DNA of 64,000 nt from Pseudomonadota bacterium. GTDB taxonomy: Bacteria; Pseudomonadota; Gammaproteobacteria; Enterobacterales; Alteromonadaceae. Within the stretch, counting starts at the first letter, position 1; every line of letters starts with the position of its first letter. The stretch covers positions 22,096 to 86,095 of the forward strand of contig JBFMHG010000010.1 of NCBI GenBank assembly GCA_040752955.1, written 5' to 3'. The notes under the pieces are model-generated. The model was not told where the DNA came from, searched no databases, and was given only the letters and a program-made list of their open reading frames with translations. The translations under genes were made by a program, and so were the position numbers. Shown in pieces: positions 47,165 through 58,700 of the stretch.

Positions 47165-47563
47165 ATGAACCTGTGGGAAAGTTATAAAACGAGTATCTTC
47201 CTGTGCCATCAGGCACTTAATTGTGATGTCGATTTTGCCATTATCAGTGCGCAAAATCCTGCCGGACACACTGAGCATCCTTACCTTAACCTGCGCCGCG
47301 ATAACGAATTTCAAGCCTGCCTGAACAAGCAGCGTTTACCTCATCGCTCAGTGATAGGGAGCGCACCTGACAGGAGTTTTCAGGAAAAAAGCTGGATAGT
47401 GTTGTGTGATAAAGCTCAGGCAGTATTACTGGCACGGCAATTTGAGCAAAATGCTATTTATTGGGTAGAGCAGGGACAGTTGTTTTTGGTCCCGGTGTTA
47501 CTCACGGCAAAGGAGGAGTGTTTGGGCAGTTTTGCTGAGCGTCTGGTGCTGCTTAGCGACTAA
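47165..47563 (+). CDS. DUF3293 family protein
   Basis: FAIISAQNP, EKSW, ARQFEQNAI motifs. Confidence 0.75.
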   Translation: MNLWESYKTSIFLCHQALNCDVDFAIISAQNPAGHTEHPYLNLRRDNEFQACLNKQRLPHRSVIGSAPDRSFQEKSWIVLCDKAQAVLLARQFEQNAIYWVEQGQLFLVPVLLTAKEECLGSFAERLVLLSD

Positions 47564-47871
47564 CGCCGTTGTTGCAGCATGTCTAATACGGTTTGAAGTT
47601 TATCACCATGGTGAGCTTCAAGTTGGCGCTTTGTCATATTCTGACTAATTTGCTCAGCCTCATTCTTTGCTGGCGTTAATAGTGGGGCAAAGTCTGTAAC
47701 ACAAACACACAGCACGCTGTTGCTGGTGGCGCCCGGCAGCTGCACTGCCCGGTATAGCAGGTGCGGACAGGCGTTTTGCCGCTTCGGATCCTGTATGCAG
47801 CCAGTGCTAGCCTGTACCGGCACTGAAAGCGCACCAATAAGCAGGACTAGCACCAGGTGTATTCGCATCAT
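47560..47871 (-). CDS. Small secreted Cys-containing hypothetical protein
   Basis: Signal peptide; C-x9-CPH...CVC pattern; follows rsmC in the same direction. Confidence 0.65.
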   Translation of the reverse strand: MMRIHLVLVLLIGALSVPVQASTGCIQDPKRQNACPHLLYRAVQLPGATSNSVLCVCVTDFAPLLTPAKNEAEQISQNMTKRQLEAHHGDKLQTVLDMLQQRR

Positions 47872-47888
47872 GTGTCTCCGTGATCGCC

Positions 47889-48902
47889 TTACGGAAAGGC
47901 GCGGTATACGACAAAACCATTTGCTTTGGCAATAATTTCAACCCGTTTAAAGGCCTGCTGTAACAGATCCAGATAAGCCAGATGGCTGTTTGCCACCAGC
48001 GTCAGGCTGCCCTGCGGGTTTAAGCGTTTGGCACTGCCCTGAATAAAGCTTTCCACAATACTGTAGTCGGTTTTAATACCAGTGTGAAACGGCGGGTTAG
48101 TGACAATATAGTCGAACTGCTTGGGTTGAGCAGGTAAGCCATCTGCCAATAGAACTGAGCCTTTTAGCTGGTTGGCCGCTAATGTAAGTTCCGTTGACGC
48201 CACAGCCAAAGCGCTAATATCCGAGCTGTACAGCTCAATGGCTGGGTAGCGGCGTTTTAATACGGCACCAATTACACCGCAGCCACAGGCGAAATCAAGC
48301 ACTTTACCGCCACTCATTAGCGGTAAGTTGTCTAGCAACAACGCGGTACCGATATCCAGCTTGCCATGGTTAAACACACCGGGTAATGAGCATAGCTTTA
48401 GTGTTTTGCCGTCGTTTTCAATACTGAACTGGCTGGCTGATATTTGGGGTAAAGCAGTAAAGTCGCCAAACAGCGAAAACCACAGGCAATGCTTGGCGTT
48501 ATCTAATTTATTGGCATTAAGCCCCAGTTTCTGTGCATGAGTGGGCAGGCTTTTAATGCCGCCTTTGTTATCCCCCACGACAAATACCTGAGTAGCCGGG
48601 CCTATCGCGTTTGTTAGCTGAGCCAGGGTAAAACCAAGCTGCTCTTTACTTTTGGGATAAAACAGCACCAGCGTATCGAAAGTCTGAGTAAAGTGGGGGC
48701 TAAGTTCGGTATACAGGGTTACCGCACTTTGCTGCCAGCAGGCGGCGACAGCTGCGTCTGTGCTGTAGCAGCTTAGGTTAAGCTGTGGCGAAAGGTGCAA
48801 GAGCTCGCTGGCCAGACTATCGGCCTGAGGCTCAACTAACAGCACCCGGCCGTTTAACTCATTAATGTTGCGTAGAACCAGTTGACTGGTGGTGGCGAGC
48901 AT
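47889..48902 (-). CDS. rsmC: 16S rRNA m2G1207 methyltransferase
   Basis: PKSKE, PGVF...LDIGT, DFACGCG, TNPPFHTG motifs. Confidence 0.88.
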   Translation of the reverse strand: MLATTSQLVLRNINELNGRVLLVEPQADSLASELLHLSPQLNLSCYSTDAAVAACWQQSAVTLYTELSPHFTQTFDTLVLFYPKSKEQLGFTLAQLTNAIGPATQVFVVGDNKGGIKSLPTHAQKLGLNANKLDNAKHCLWFSLFGDFTALPQISASQFSIENDGKTLKLCSLPGVFNHGKLDIGTALLLDNLPLMSGGKVLDFACGCGVIGAVLKRRYPAIELYSSDISALAVASTELTLAANQLKGSVLLADGLPAQPKQFDYIVTNPPFHTGIKTDYSIVESFIQGSAKRLNPQGSLTLVANSHLAYLDLLQQAFKRVEIIAKANGFVVYRAFP

Positions 48903-49634
48903 TTAGCTTTCCTTTTTAAACATCAGATCCCAAACACCATGGCCCAGACGCTGGCCGCGTTGTTCAAATTTGGTTAGAGGCCTGTGCTCGGGGCGCTCGA
49001 CATAACGGCTATCAGATGCCAGATTAACAAAACCCTCGGCCTGTGACATCACCTCAAGCATATGCTCAGCGTAGTTTTCCCAGTCGGTCGCCATGTGAAA
49101 CACGCCACCGGGCTTTAACTTACGCCGCAGTAACTGTACAAAAGCCGGCTGCACGATGCGGCGCTTATGATGGCGTTTTTTATGCCAGGGATCGGGAAAA
49201 AACAGCTGCACAGTATCCAGACTGTTGTCGGCGACCATCTGCTCTAATACTTCAACCGCATCATGTTCAAACACTTTCAGGTTTTTCACCTGCTGGGCCA
49301 CTGCATCCGCTAAACAGGCGCCGACACCGGGCTTGTGCACTTCAATGCCAATAAAGTCTTTTTCTGGCGCGGCCTTAGCCATTTGTACCAGTGATTTACC
49401 CATACCAAAGCCAATTTCCAGCACCTTATGGTTGTCCCGACCGAACAGCGCTGGTAAATCGATAAGCTGCGGTTGGTAGTCGACACCATAGTCGGCCCAG
49501 TAAGTGTCCAGTGCGTGCTGTTGCCCTTTGGTTAATCGGCCTTCACGCAGTACAAAAGAGCGGATCCTGCGCATATAGGTCTCGCCCTGTTGTGGTGCTG
49601 GCTGGTCGTGCGTGTCTGTCATTGTCTGCTCCAT
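48903..49634 (-). CDS. trmB: tRNA (guanine-N7)-methyltransferase
   Basis: [39 protein letters not shown]. Confidence 0.97.
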   Translation of the reverse strand: MEQTMTDTHDQPAPQQGETYMRRIRSFVLREGRLTKGQQHALDTYWADYGVDYQPQLIDLPALFGRDNHKVLEIGFGMGKSLVQMAKAAPEKDFIGIEVHKPGVGACLADAVAQQVKNLKVFEHDAVEVLEQMVADNSLDTVQLFFPDPWHKKRHHKRRIVQPAFVQLLRRKLKPGGVFHMATDWENYAEHMLEVMSQAEGFVNLASDSRYVERPEHRPLTKFEQRGQRLGHGVWDLMFKKES

Positions 49635-49652
49635 AATGCGTAATTGGCGCGT

Positions 49653-49681
49653 ATTATCCTTGTATTGACGCTATTGCTCAA
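49653..49681 (-). promoter_or_regulatory. Sigma70 promoter for trmB-rsmC
   Basis: Minus strand TTGAGC-N17-GATAAT followed by GC-rich discriminator. Confidence 0.55.
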
Positions 49682-49694
49682 CCGCCGATTCAGG

Positions 49695-49723
49695 TTGGCA
49701 AGTAAAGCCTTGCTGCTTATACT
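49695..49723 (+). promoter_or_regulatory. Sigma70 promoter for mutY-yggX
   Basis: TTGGCA-N17-TATACT. Confidence 0.65.
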
Positions 49724-49749
49724 GCGCGGGGACAAAAACTGAGGTAAAA

Positions 49750-50835
49750 ATGCTGCAGCAACAAGACGCAATTTGGTTTTCAAATCAGCTGGTTAACTGG
49801 TATCGCCAGCATGGACGTAAAAGCTTGCCATGGCAGTTAAATAAAAGTCCTTATAACACCTGGCTTAGTGAAGTGATGTTGCAACAGACGCAGGTTGCCA
49901 CAGTGATACCCTATTTTCAGCGTTTTATCAGCCGTTTTCCTGATGTAAAAGCGTTAGCTGAAGCGCCATTAGATGATGTATTGCATTTATGGACCGGGCT
50001 GGGCTATTACGCCCGGGCCCGTAACTTGCACAAAGCGGCGCAGCAGATTGCACAGCAGTATGACGGCCAGTTTCCGCAGCAGTTTGACCAGGTGCTGGCA
50101 CTGCCAGGTGTGGGCCGCTCGACCGCCGGCGCTGTGTTGTCACTGGCTCTTAACCAGCATTATCCGATTTTAGACGGCAACTGTAAGCGGGTGCTGGCAC
50201 GCTTTGCTGCGGTTGACGGCTGGCCGGGTGAAAAAGCGGTAGAGCAACAGCTGTGGCACTTGGCAGAGCAAATTACGCCCGCTGAGACCGTAGCAGAGTT
50301 TAATCAGGCGATGATGGATTTAGGCGCCAGTTTATGTAGCCGCAGTAAGCCGCGCTGTGCTGATTGCCCGCTAAAGTTGAAATGCAAGGCGGCGCTTAGC
50401 GCAGAGCAAGCACGTTATCCCGGCAAAAAGCCGAAAAAAGCCCTGCCCGAGCGGCAAAGTTTCTGGCTGTTGCTGCAGTACGATAAGCAACTGTTGTTAA
50501 CGCAGCGGCCGGCGTCGGGGCTATGGGGCGGCCTGTATGGTTTTTTGGAGTTTGCCAGTGCAGCGGAGCGTGAGCAATTTATCGCTATCAACGCCTTTGA
50601 GCTAAGCCAACAAACCGAGCTCGCGGGTTTTCGGCATACCTTTAGCCATTTTCACTTATGGGTGCAACCGCAGTTAGCTGTGCTCGCTAAAGCACCACTG
50701 CAGGTACAGGAGCAATCTGCGGCAACTTGGTTTACAATAGACGCCATTCCGCCGGTGGGACTGTCTGCACCGGCCAAGCAGCTGTTTGCGCAGGTTGTCG
50801 CTGCAGCGTCAGAGCAGGAGGAAACACAGGTATGA
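49750..50835 (+). CDS. mutY: A/G-specific adenine glycosylase
   Basis: [22 protein letters not shown], Hh[10 protein letters not shown], Fe-S C-x6-C-x2-C-x5-C. Confidence 0.97.
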   Translation: MLQQQDAIWFSNQLVNWYRQHGRKSLPWQLNKSPYNTWLSEVMLQQTQVATVIPYFQRFISRFPDVKALAEAPLDDVLHLWTGLGYYARARNLHKAAQQIAQQYDGQFPQQFDQVLALPGVGRSTAGAVLSLALNQHYPILDGNCKRVLARFAAVDGWPGEKAVEQQLWHLAEQITPAETVAEFNQAMMDLGASLCSRSKPRCADCPLKLKCKAALSAEQARYPGKKPKKALPERQSFWLLLQYDKQLLLTQRPASGLWGGLYGFLEFASAAEREQFIAINAFELSQQTELAGFRHTFSHFHLWVQPQLAVLAKAPLQVQEQSAATWFTIDAIPPVGLSAPAKQLFAQVVAAASEQEETQV

Positions 50836-51104
50836 GCCGTACCGTATTTTGTGAATATCTGAAAAAGGACGCACCGGGGTTGGATTTTCAGTTGTATCCG
50901 GGTGATTTGGGCAAAAAAATCTTTAACTCGATCAGTAAAGAGGCCTTTGCCCTGTGGCAGGCGAAACAAATAATGCTGATTAATGAGAAAAAGTTGAACA
51001 TGATGAACCCGGAGCACAGAAAGTTGCTGGAAACACAGATGGAAGCCTTCTTGTTTAAAGGCGAAGATGTTGAAATTGAAGGTTACAAGCCTGTCGATAA
51101 ATAA
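50832..51104 (+). CDS. yggX: Fe(II)-trafficking / oxidative damage protection protein
   Basis: MSRTVFC...[10 protein letters not shown]...MLINEKKL; ATGA overlap with mutY stop. Confidence 0.95.
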   Translation: MSRTVFCEYLKKDAPGLDFQLYPGDLGKKIFNSISKEAFALWQAKQIMLINEKKLNMMNPEHRKLLETQMEAFLFKGEDVEIEGYKPVDK

Positions 51105-51196
51105 ACGTATCTAACACTGCCGCTGGCGCGGCGGCAGTGGCAGCGCTATAATTCGCATTAGAAATTTTTATCATTAACCTACTTTTGCGAGAGCTT

Positions 51197-52132
51197 ATGG
51201 CGCGCCGCTTACCCCCTCTTAATGCACTGAAAGCCTTTGAAACCGCAGCACGCCATTTAAGCTTTACCAAGGCGGCGGAAGAGATGTACGTTACGCAGGC
51301 CGCTATTAGCCATCAGATCAAAGCGCTGGAAGACCATCTTGGCCTTAAGCTGTTTATGCGCAAAAACCGCTCTTTGCTGCTGACTGAAGAGGGGCAAAGT
51401 TATTTTCTCGATATAAAAGAAATTTTCTTGCAGTTACATGAGTCGACAGAAAAGCTGCTGGCACGCGGTGCTAAGGGGTCGTTAACAGTAAGCCTGCAAC
51501 CCAGCTTTGCTATTCAGTGGCTGGTACCCAGGCTTAATCAATTTAGTGAGCAACACCCCGATATCGACGTACGCATAAAAGCGGTTGATTTGGACGAGGG
51601 CTCGCTGACCGATGATGTTGATGTGGCCATTTATTATGGCCGCGGCACCTGGCGTAACTTACATGCTGATAAGCTGCATACTGAATATCTACTGCCGGTG
51701 TGTTCACCGTTGCTGTTAAACAGTAGCAAACCGCTGCAAGAGCCGACCGATCTGCAGTACCATAACCTGTTGCATGATGGCTCGCGCCGTGCCTGGAAAG
51801 CCTGGTTTACTACTCAGGGCTTTAAGCATTTTAATGTGAATCAGGGGCCGATTTTTAGCCACTCATCGATGGTTCTGCAGGCGGCGATTCATGGCCAAGG
51901 CGTGGCGCTGGCGCACAATGTGCTGGCCCGGCCCGATATTAACTCCGGCCGGTTAATCGTGCCGTTTAACCATGTACTTATCTCGAAAGACGCTTACTAT
52001 CTGGTGTGCCGTGAAAGCCAGACTGAGTTGGGTAAAATTACTGCCTTTCGTCAGTGGATGACACAAATGGTCGAGGCAGAGCAAGCCGCCTTTGCCGAGC
52101 AGCAATTTACCAATGCGGTGGCGCTTGACTAA
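51197..52132 (+). CDS. gcvA: Glycine cleavage system transcriptional activator (LysR)
   Basis: MARRLPPLNALKAFE...SFTKAAEE...EEGQSYFLDI; conserved gcvA-ygdD-rlmM order. Confidence 0.93.
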   Translation: MARRLPPLNALKAFETAARHLSFTKAAEEMYVTQAAISHQIKALEDHLGLKLFMRKNRSLLLTEEGQSYFLDIKEIFLQLHESTEKLLARGAKGSLTVSLQPSFAIQWLVPRLNQFSEQHPDIDVRIKAVDLDEGSLTDDVDVAIYYGRGTWRNLHADKLHTEYLLPVCSPLLLNSSKPLQEPTDLQYHNLLHDGSRRAWKAWFTTQGFKHFNVNQGPIFSHSSMVLQAAIHGQGVALAHNVLARPDINSGRLIVPFNHVLISKDAYYLVCRESQTELGKITAFRQWMTQMVEAEQAAFAEQQFTNAVALD

Positions 52133-52751
52133 GGTACTAATTAACAAGGCAGATAATGCCAAAGCGCGCTTGCTGCTGGCGCATGGCGCTGGTGCCGGTG
52201 CTAATAGCGAGGTGATGCAGCAGTTGGCCTGTGCACTGGCAAGCTGTGGTATAGAAGTGTGGCGTTTTAATTTTGGCTATATGCAGCAGTCGCTTGATGA
52301 GGGCAAGCGGCGTTTGCCCACGAAAATGCCGCTGTTAGCTGCCGAGTTTAGCCAGCAAATAGCGCAGTGCCCGGCAGACTTGCCGTTATTTATTGGTGGT
52401 AAGTCTATGGGCGGTAGGGTGGCGTCACTGTTAAGTGGTAACAATGCAGTGCAGGCGGTATTTGCCTTTGGTTATCCGTTTCACGCACCCAATAAGCAGC
52501 AGTGGCGCACTGAGCATTTTGCAGATTTAGCTGCACCTTTGTATATCGCCCAGGGCGAGCGGGATGCTTTTGGCAGCAAAGATGAGCTGAGTGCTAAACA
52601 CTGGCCAAAAGTTGAACTGTACTGGCTGACTGATGCAAACCATGACTTTGTGCCCCGGCTTAAAAGCGGTTTTACTCAGTTGCAGCTAATCCGCGCGGCG
52701 GCAGCATTTTGTAGCAGGAAAATTGATGAAGTACTTCTGGCAGTTAAGTAA
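52092..52751 (+). CDS. Alpha/beta hydrolase family protein
   Basis: LAHGAGA, GGKSMGGR, GYPFH, QGERD, NHD motifs; start uncertain. Confidence 0.85.
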   Translation: MPSSNLPMRWRLTKVLINKADNAKARLLLAHGAGAGANSEVMQQLACALASCGIEVWRFNFGYMQQSLDEGKRRLPTKMPLLAAEFSQQIAQCPADLPLFIGGKSMGGRVASLLSGNNAVQAVFAFGYPFHAPNKQQWRTEHFADLAAPLYIAQGERDAFGSKDELSAKHWPKVELYWLTDANHDFVPRLKSGFTQLQLIRAAAAFCSRKIDEVLLAVK

Positions 52752-53100
52752 CAGTATTAGTGCCTTATACGGTATGGCGGTAGTGGCGCTGAGCGCCTTA
52801 TTAATGCATTTGTGGCAGGGCGATTTAACGGCCGAGCAGCTGTCCCGAGTACTCAGTGCGCTTGGCGTGCTAGCGTTTCATGCCCTGGCACTGCTGGCCT
52901 TAGGGTTGTCACAAAGTAACAGCCGGTTAAAGCGACTGGTAGCACTGCTATGGCATCTGGGGCTTTGCTGTTTTGTTTGGACCTTATTGGCAGGTGTGTT
53001 TGCACTGCCACTGTATTATTCACAACTGGCCCCGGTTGGCGGGCAGTTACTAATTGCTGCCTGGTTATTGCTGGCAATAACGGCATGGCGGCGGAGCTGA
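52723..53100 (+). CDS. DUF423 (YgdD-like) membrane protein
   Basis: Four TM helices, FHALA and APVGG motifs; position before rlmM. Confidence 0.7.
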   Translation: MMKYFWQLSNSISALYGMAVVALSALLMHLWQGDLTAEQLSRVLSALGVLAFHALALLALGLSQSNSRLKRLVALLWHLGLCCFVWTLLAGVFALPLYYSQLAPVGGQLLIAAWLLLAITAWRRS

Positions 53101-53101
53101 T

Positions 53102-54184
53102 ATGAGACAACTATTACTGTATTGCCGGGCGGGTTTTGAAAAGGAGTGCGCGGCAGAAATTCAGCACAAGGCGGCCCTTAAAAACACCGGCGGTTTTTGT
53201 AAGCTGCAAAATAACAGTGGCTTTGTCATTTTTGAAGCCTATGACAGCGACAACCTGGCGGCGTTTTACCGCGACTATCCGTTTGAGCAGTTTATTTTTA
53301 TCCGTCAGTGGAGCTTACTGCAAGCCGGTTTGCTTGATTTGCCACCAGCGGATCGCATTGCGCCGGTGCTGGAGGCCCTATTGTCAGCAGAGCTAACCGG
53401 TTGTGGTGAGCTGCGGGTAGAGTACCCCGATACCAATGATGGTAAAACGTTATCTACGCTGGCGCGTAAGCTTACTGTACCGCTGCGTCAGGCGCTACGC
53501 CAGGCGGGCGTACTGACGCAAAAAGAGCAAAAACGGGCAGCAGTGCTGCATTTGTTTTTGTTAAGCGGCCAGCAGGGCTATGTTGGGGTGTCATATCCGG
53601 AGAACAACAGCCCGCTGGAAAACGGCATCATGCGGCTTAAATTTCCCGCTGAGGCGCCAAGCCGTAGCACATTAAAACTGGAAGAAGCGTTTTTACAGTT
53701 TATCCCTAAACGTGAGTGGGATACGCGACTGTCGGGTGGCTTACACGCGGTAGATTTAGGCGCCTGCCCGGGCGGTTGGACTTATCAGTTGGTGAAGCGC
53801 AGCATGATGGTTACCGCCATTGATAATGGCCCTATGGCCGAATCATTAATGCAAACCGGTCAGGTACAGCATTTAATGGTCGATGGCTTTAAGTTTGAGC
53901 CGCAGCGCAAAAACAACTACTGGCTGGTGTGCGACATGATAGAGCAGCCGCAGCGGGTGGCCGAGCGCATTGCCGACTGGCTGATTAATGGCTGGTGTCA
54001 GGAAACCATCTTCAACCTGAAACTGCCGATGAAAAAGCGCTATGAAACGCTGTGCGATATACTGCAACAGTTTGAGCAGCGGCTAACTGCAGCCGGCATT
54101 AAATACCGGCTACAAGCCAAACACCTATACCATGACCGCGAAGAAGTGACAGTGCATGTACAAAACCTGGTGCGGCGTTTTTAA
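53102..54184 (+). CDS. rlmM: 23S rRNA Cm2498 2'-O-methyltransferase
   Basis: YCRAGFEKECA, APSRSTLKLEEA, DLGACPGGWT, HDREEVT. Confidence 0.97.
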   Translation: MRQLLLYCRAGFEKECAAEIQHKAALKNTGGFCKLQNNSGFVIFEAYDSDNLAAFYRDYPFEQFIFIRQWSLLQAGLLDLPPADRIAPVLEALLSAELTGCGELRVEYPDTNDGKTLSTLARKLTVPLRQALRQAGVLTQKEQKRAAVLHLFLLSGQQGYVGVSYPENNSPLENGIMRLKFPAEAPSRSTLKLEEAFLQFIPKREWDTRLSGGLHAVDLGACPGGWTYQLVKRSMMVTAIDNGPMAESLMQTGQVQHLMVDGFKFEPQRKNNYWLVCDMIEQPQRVAERIADWLINGWCQETIFNLKLPMKKRYETLCDILQQFEQRLTAAGIKYRLQAKHLYHDREEVTVHVQNLVRRF

Positions 54185-54213
54185 GTCAAGGTGCTGCTTT
54201 AATAAGCGCTGAT

Positions 54214-55401
54214 TCAATCAGCGCTTAATTTCAACTTTACCCAGACCAGTCGATGATCTGAGCTGGCACCGCGTGAGCCGACCAGCGGATACAGTGGGTC
54301 GGTTTTTTCTGGCCAGAATACGCCACTATCCACCAGCGTGAAGCCTTGCTTTGACGGCAGCACATAATCAGCCCGCATACGCCAACCGGCAGTATGTACC
54401 GCACCATGCGGGTTATCCGGGCTGTGCTCTTTACCGCCCAGGCTTTTGGGCGGCTGTCTGTTGTTAACGGCGGGGTGCTGATATAGCGCGCTGATTGCAC
54501 TGTTAATGGCATCGCCTTCACCTTCGGCAGAGGCGTTTAAATCACCCAGCAACACAAAACGCTCGCCATGGCTAAAACCGCCTTTGTTGCCTTTATCATC
54601 ATAAATATACTGGTTTTGCCCCGGCGTTAAATAATCTACCCAAAAACGCAATTCATCATGGTTACGAATGCCGTTGCGGTTTTCCGGGCCGTCAAAAACC
54701 GGTGGTGTCGGATGGCTGGCCAGGATATGCACCGTCTGACCGTCAATCGTTACCGGGATATCCCAGTGGCTTTTAGACGATAGTGGAAACTGCTGCCAGG
54801 CGTCAGCACTGTACCAGGGGCTGCCATCTGCTTTTTTGGTAGGCATAAAGCCCGGCATATCCTTCCATTTAAAGTGCTGAAAAGTTCGTACTTTAGCGGT
54901 ATCTAGTGGGTATTTTGATAACAAAAGCATGCCATATTGGCCGGGATAAAAGCCAAAGGCCCAGGCATCGGCGCCAACGCCGGTCGCTTTACCATCGTTG
55001 TCCAAGTCGAACGTGCTTGGCTGGCCGGTGTTTACTGTACTGTAGTAAAAATAGGGGTAATCTATCGCTTTGGCGTTACCCTGCGGTTTATTTAAGTAAT
55101 TACGCACAAAAGCTTTTACACCCTGCTCAGGGTCGGCAATATAATCAAACTCGTTCAATAGCAGCACATCAGGTCTCACGTGCTGAATAATCTGGGCAAT
55201 GTTACGGATCTGTGGCTGATCGTCAGTTTGCAGCAGCTTAGCCAATACCTCACCATCGCCCGGCTCACCACGCGGCAGATAGTTTTGTGCTTCCATACTG
55301 ACATTAAAAGTCGCGAAGGTAATTTCTTTGGCATTCATAGTTGTACTGGCTCCAAGGCAGAGCAGCGCGCCGATAAACAGCGCTTTAGGTAATGTTAACA
55401 T
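54214..55401 (-). CDS. Secreted endonuclease/exonuclease/phosphatase (EEP) family protein
   Basis: Signal peptide; TFNV, LNEFD, SHPTPP, GDLN, RADY, SSDH catalytic motifs. Confidence 0.88.
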   Translation of the reverse strand: MLTLPKALFIGALLCLGASTTMNAKEITFATFNVSMEAQNYLPRGEPGDGEVLAKLLQTDDQPQIRNIAQIIQHVRPDVLLLNEFDYIADPEQGVKAFVRNYLNKPQGNAKAIDYPYFYYSTVNTGQPSTFDLDNDGKATGVGADAWAFGFYPGQYGMLLLSKYPLDTAKVRTFQHFKWKDMPGFMPTKKADGSPWYSADAWQQFPLSSKSHWDIPVTIDGQTVHILASHPTPPVFDGPENRNGIRNHDELRFWVDYLTPGQNQYIYDDKGNKGGFSHGERFVLLGDLNASAEGEGDAINSAISALYQHPAVNNRQPPKSLGGKEHSPDNPHGAVHTAGWRMRADYVLPSKQGFTLVDSGVFWPEKTDPLYPLVGSRGASSDHRLVWVKLKLSAD

Positions 55402-55717
55402 TTAGGCGGCTGACAAGAGATTTTTCATGCGGGATAGCATAAAACGCTAACTGGATAAACACCAGTAAATGAATGAAAAGCTAGAATAAGTCGTTTTTTA
55501 GTCAATTTTAAGTCGTCTAGTGCGCAACTCAGACCAGCTATGTTACACTTATATTGCAACCGCCTAAGACAATGAGAGGAACGAAAAGTTCCCGTAAATC
55601 AGATGGGCGTAAGAAAAATGTAATATGGTTTAGTTACCATTGTCTCCCAAATTGAACACAGCATCTGTATTCAAATGGAATTTAGATAAATACCTACAAC
55701 TACCAGGTGAAAACGAT

Positions 55718-58700
55718 ATGAAAATTAAAAGTATAGCTCTTGCGGTCACGCTCGCTTTAGGCGCAAGCAATATCGCTCTGGCACAAGAAACTTCATCAGC
55801 TATTCGGGGTGTTGTTACCACTGAAGCCGGTACTACAGTTGCCAATGCTACAGTAACACTAACCGACAAGCGTAGCGGCACTACCCGTACTCTGACAACT
55901 AACGAAACCGGTACTTTCTCTGCACGCGGTTTGCAGGTTGGCGGCCCATATTTGTTGACAGTAAAGAGCGCCGATGGCCTGGTTGAAACTGTTGACAATG
56001 TTTTTCTTACTCTTGGTGATACCCAGAACCTTAACGTGATAGTGCAGCAGCCAGACGTTGAGCGGATTGCGGTTACCGGAACGGCAATTAGCAACTCTAA
56101 CTACGGCGGCACTGGCCCTGCTGCAAACTTCAATCTGGAAGATTTACGCAATACGCCAGCGATTAACCGCGATTTACGCGATGTGGTGCGCGTTGATCCA
56201 CGCATCTATATTAACGAAACAAATGCTGGTGATATCCAGTGTGCTGGTGCAAACCCGCGTTTTAACAGCCTGACGGTCGACGGTGTGCGTACCAACGACA
56301 ACTTCGGCTTAAACTCAAGCGGCTATCCAACCGAGCGCATGCCGTTTTCTTACGATGCAATTGAGCAGGTTGCTGTTGAACTGGCTCCGTTTGATGTGAA
56401 ATACGGCGGTTTTACTGCCTGTAACATCAACGCTGTAACAAAGTCCGGTGGTAATGAGTTCAGTGGTAGCGTGTTCTTTGACTACACAAACGATTCTTTA
56501 CAGGGTGACAAGCTGGAAGGCGACAAAATTAATGTTGGTGCTTTCAATGAGCGTCGTTATGGCTTTAATGGTGGTGGTGCAATCGTTAGCGACAAGCTGT
56601 TTTGGTTTGCTGCTTATGAAAAGTTAGAAGGCGCTGATACCTTTGATCGTGGCCCTGAAGGTTCAAATGCTGCCCGCGAAGTGTCTGGCATTACATTAGA
56701 GCAAGTCGATGAAATTGCACGTATTGCCCGTGAGGTTTATGGTTTTGAACCGGGCTCATTCCCATCGAGTATTCCGGTTGAAGACGAAAAAATTCTGTTG
56801 AAGCTTGACTGGTTTATTAATGACAGTCACCGGGCTGCTTTTACTTATAATTATAACGATGGCTTCTCTATTGCTGAATCTGACGGCGATGATGATGAGC
56901 TTGAGTTCTCAGGCCACTTCTATGAGCGTGGCGCTGAATTTAACTCTTACGTAGCGAACGTATTCTCTGACTGGACAGATAACTTCTCTACTGAAGTTCG
57001 TTTAGGTTATTCTGAGCTTGATGCTCGTGTAAGCCCGTTAGGCGGTACTGAAGTTGGTGAAATTCAACTGCGTGTTGGCCCTACAGTTTATTTGGGCGCT
57101 GATGACTCACGTCACGCTAACAAGTTAACTTACGAAACAACCTTCTTTAAGTTTGCTGGTACCTACTTGTATGGTGACCACTCAATCAGCTTTGGCGTTG
57201 AGCGCGAACAGTACGATGTGTTCAACCTGTTTATTCAGGAAACTGAGGGTGAATACGTATTTAACTCTATTGAAGATTTTGCTGCGGGTATTCCGTCATC
57301 AGCGATTTATGAAAACGCCGCTGGCACTAACAACCCGATTGATGGTGCAGGCCAGTTTAAATACGCAGTAAACACCGCTTATGTGCAAGATGAGTTTTAT
57401 ATCGTTGATCACGATGTAACCTTAACTTATGGCTTGCGTTACGACTGGTACACTACCAGTGATACACCACGTGTAAATCAGAGCTTTACCGATACTTACG
57501 GGTTTGCAAATGATGCCACCCTAGACGGCGAAGGGCTGCTGCAACCACGTTTAGGTGTTAACTGGATGGCAAGCCCAGAGCTTGAGGTTCGTGGTGGTAT
57601 CGGCCTATATTCAGGTGGTAACCCAAATGTTTGGTTATCTAATAATTACTCAAACAATGGCGTTTCACTGTATCAGGCATCTACACCAAGTGATTTTTTC
57701 AATGCAGACAACACACTGTTTGACATTCCACACACTGGTTCAGGCCGTCCGTTAATTGATATCCCTCAGCAACTTTTTGATGAAGTTACTGCTGCTGATG
57801 GTCGTGGTCCTGTAAATGCATTAGATCCAAACTTTAAATTACCTAAAGAGTGGAAGTATGCGTTAGGCGCTACTTACACCTTCGACAGCGGCTATGTGGT
57901 GATGGCAGATTTGCTATACACCAAAAAAGAAGATGCGGCTATCGTATCTGATTTAAGACGCTCAGAAGAGGGTGGTTTTGGTCCGATCGGCGTATTACCA
58001 GACGGTCGTCCTCTGTACCCGTCAATTCCACGTAGTGTGCCAGAGGCCTTCCTGTTGACTAACGTGAATGGTGACTCAGGTGCCAATCTGTCAGCGTCGA
58101 TTTCGGTTAGCAAGTCTTATGACTTTGGTTTAGATCTGACTGCTGCTTATGCATATACCGATTCAGAAGATGTAAATCCAATGACCAGTTCAGTGGCTTA
58201 CTCTAACTACGGTAACCTGGCAACGGCTGATTTCGAAAATCCTGGTATTGCGAAATCAAACTATGAAATTCCACACCGTTTCACACTGCGTGCAACTTAC
58301 ACTGTGGAGTTAATGGATGGCTATGATTCTACATTTAGCCTGTTTGGCTCAGCCAACGAAGGTCGCCCGTACAGCTTCACCATGAACGGCAATGGCGATA
58401 TCTTCACTGGTAGACAGTTGCTGTATGTACCAACTGGCGTAAACGATCCTAACGTTGAGTTTGCAGATAGCTTTGATACTGATGCATTCTTTGCATTTAT
58501 CAACCGTGAAGGTTTAGATAAGTACGCAGGCGGCTATGCACCTCGTAACGAATTTAACAGTGATTGGTGGGTCAAAGTAGACTTCCGTTTCGAGCAGGAA
58601 TTACCGGGCTTTATGGAAGGCCACCGTTCTAGCCTGTTCTTCGTGATTGATAACTTAACCAACCTTATCAATGATGATTGGGGTGTGTTGTATGAAACTA

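Noticed and set aside
51105-51196. gcvB sRNA divergent from gcvA
   Set aside because: Spacer is only about 90 bp and holds one GC-rich hairpin; no room or sequence match for GcvB
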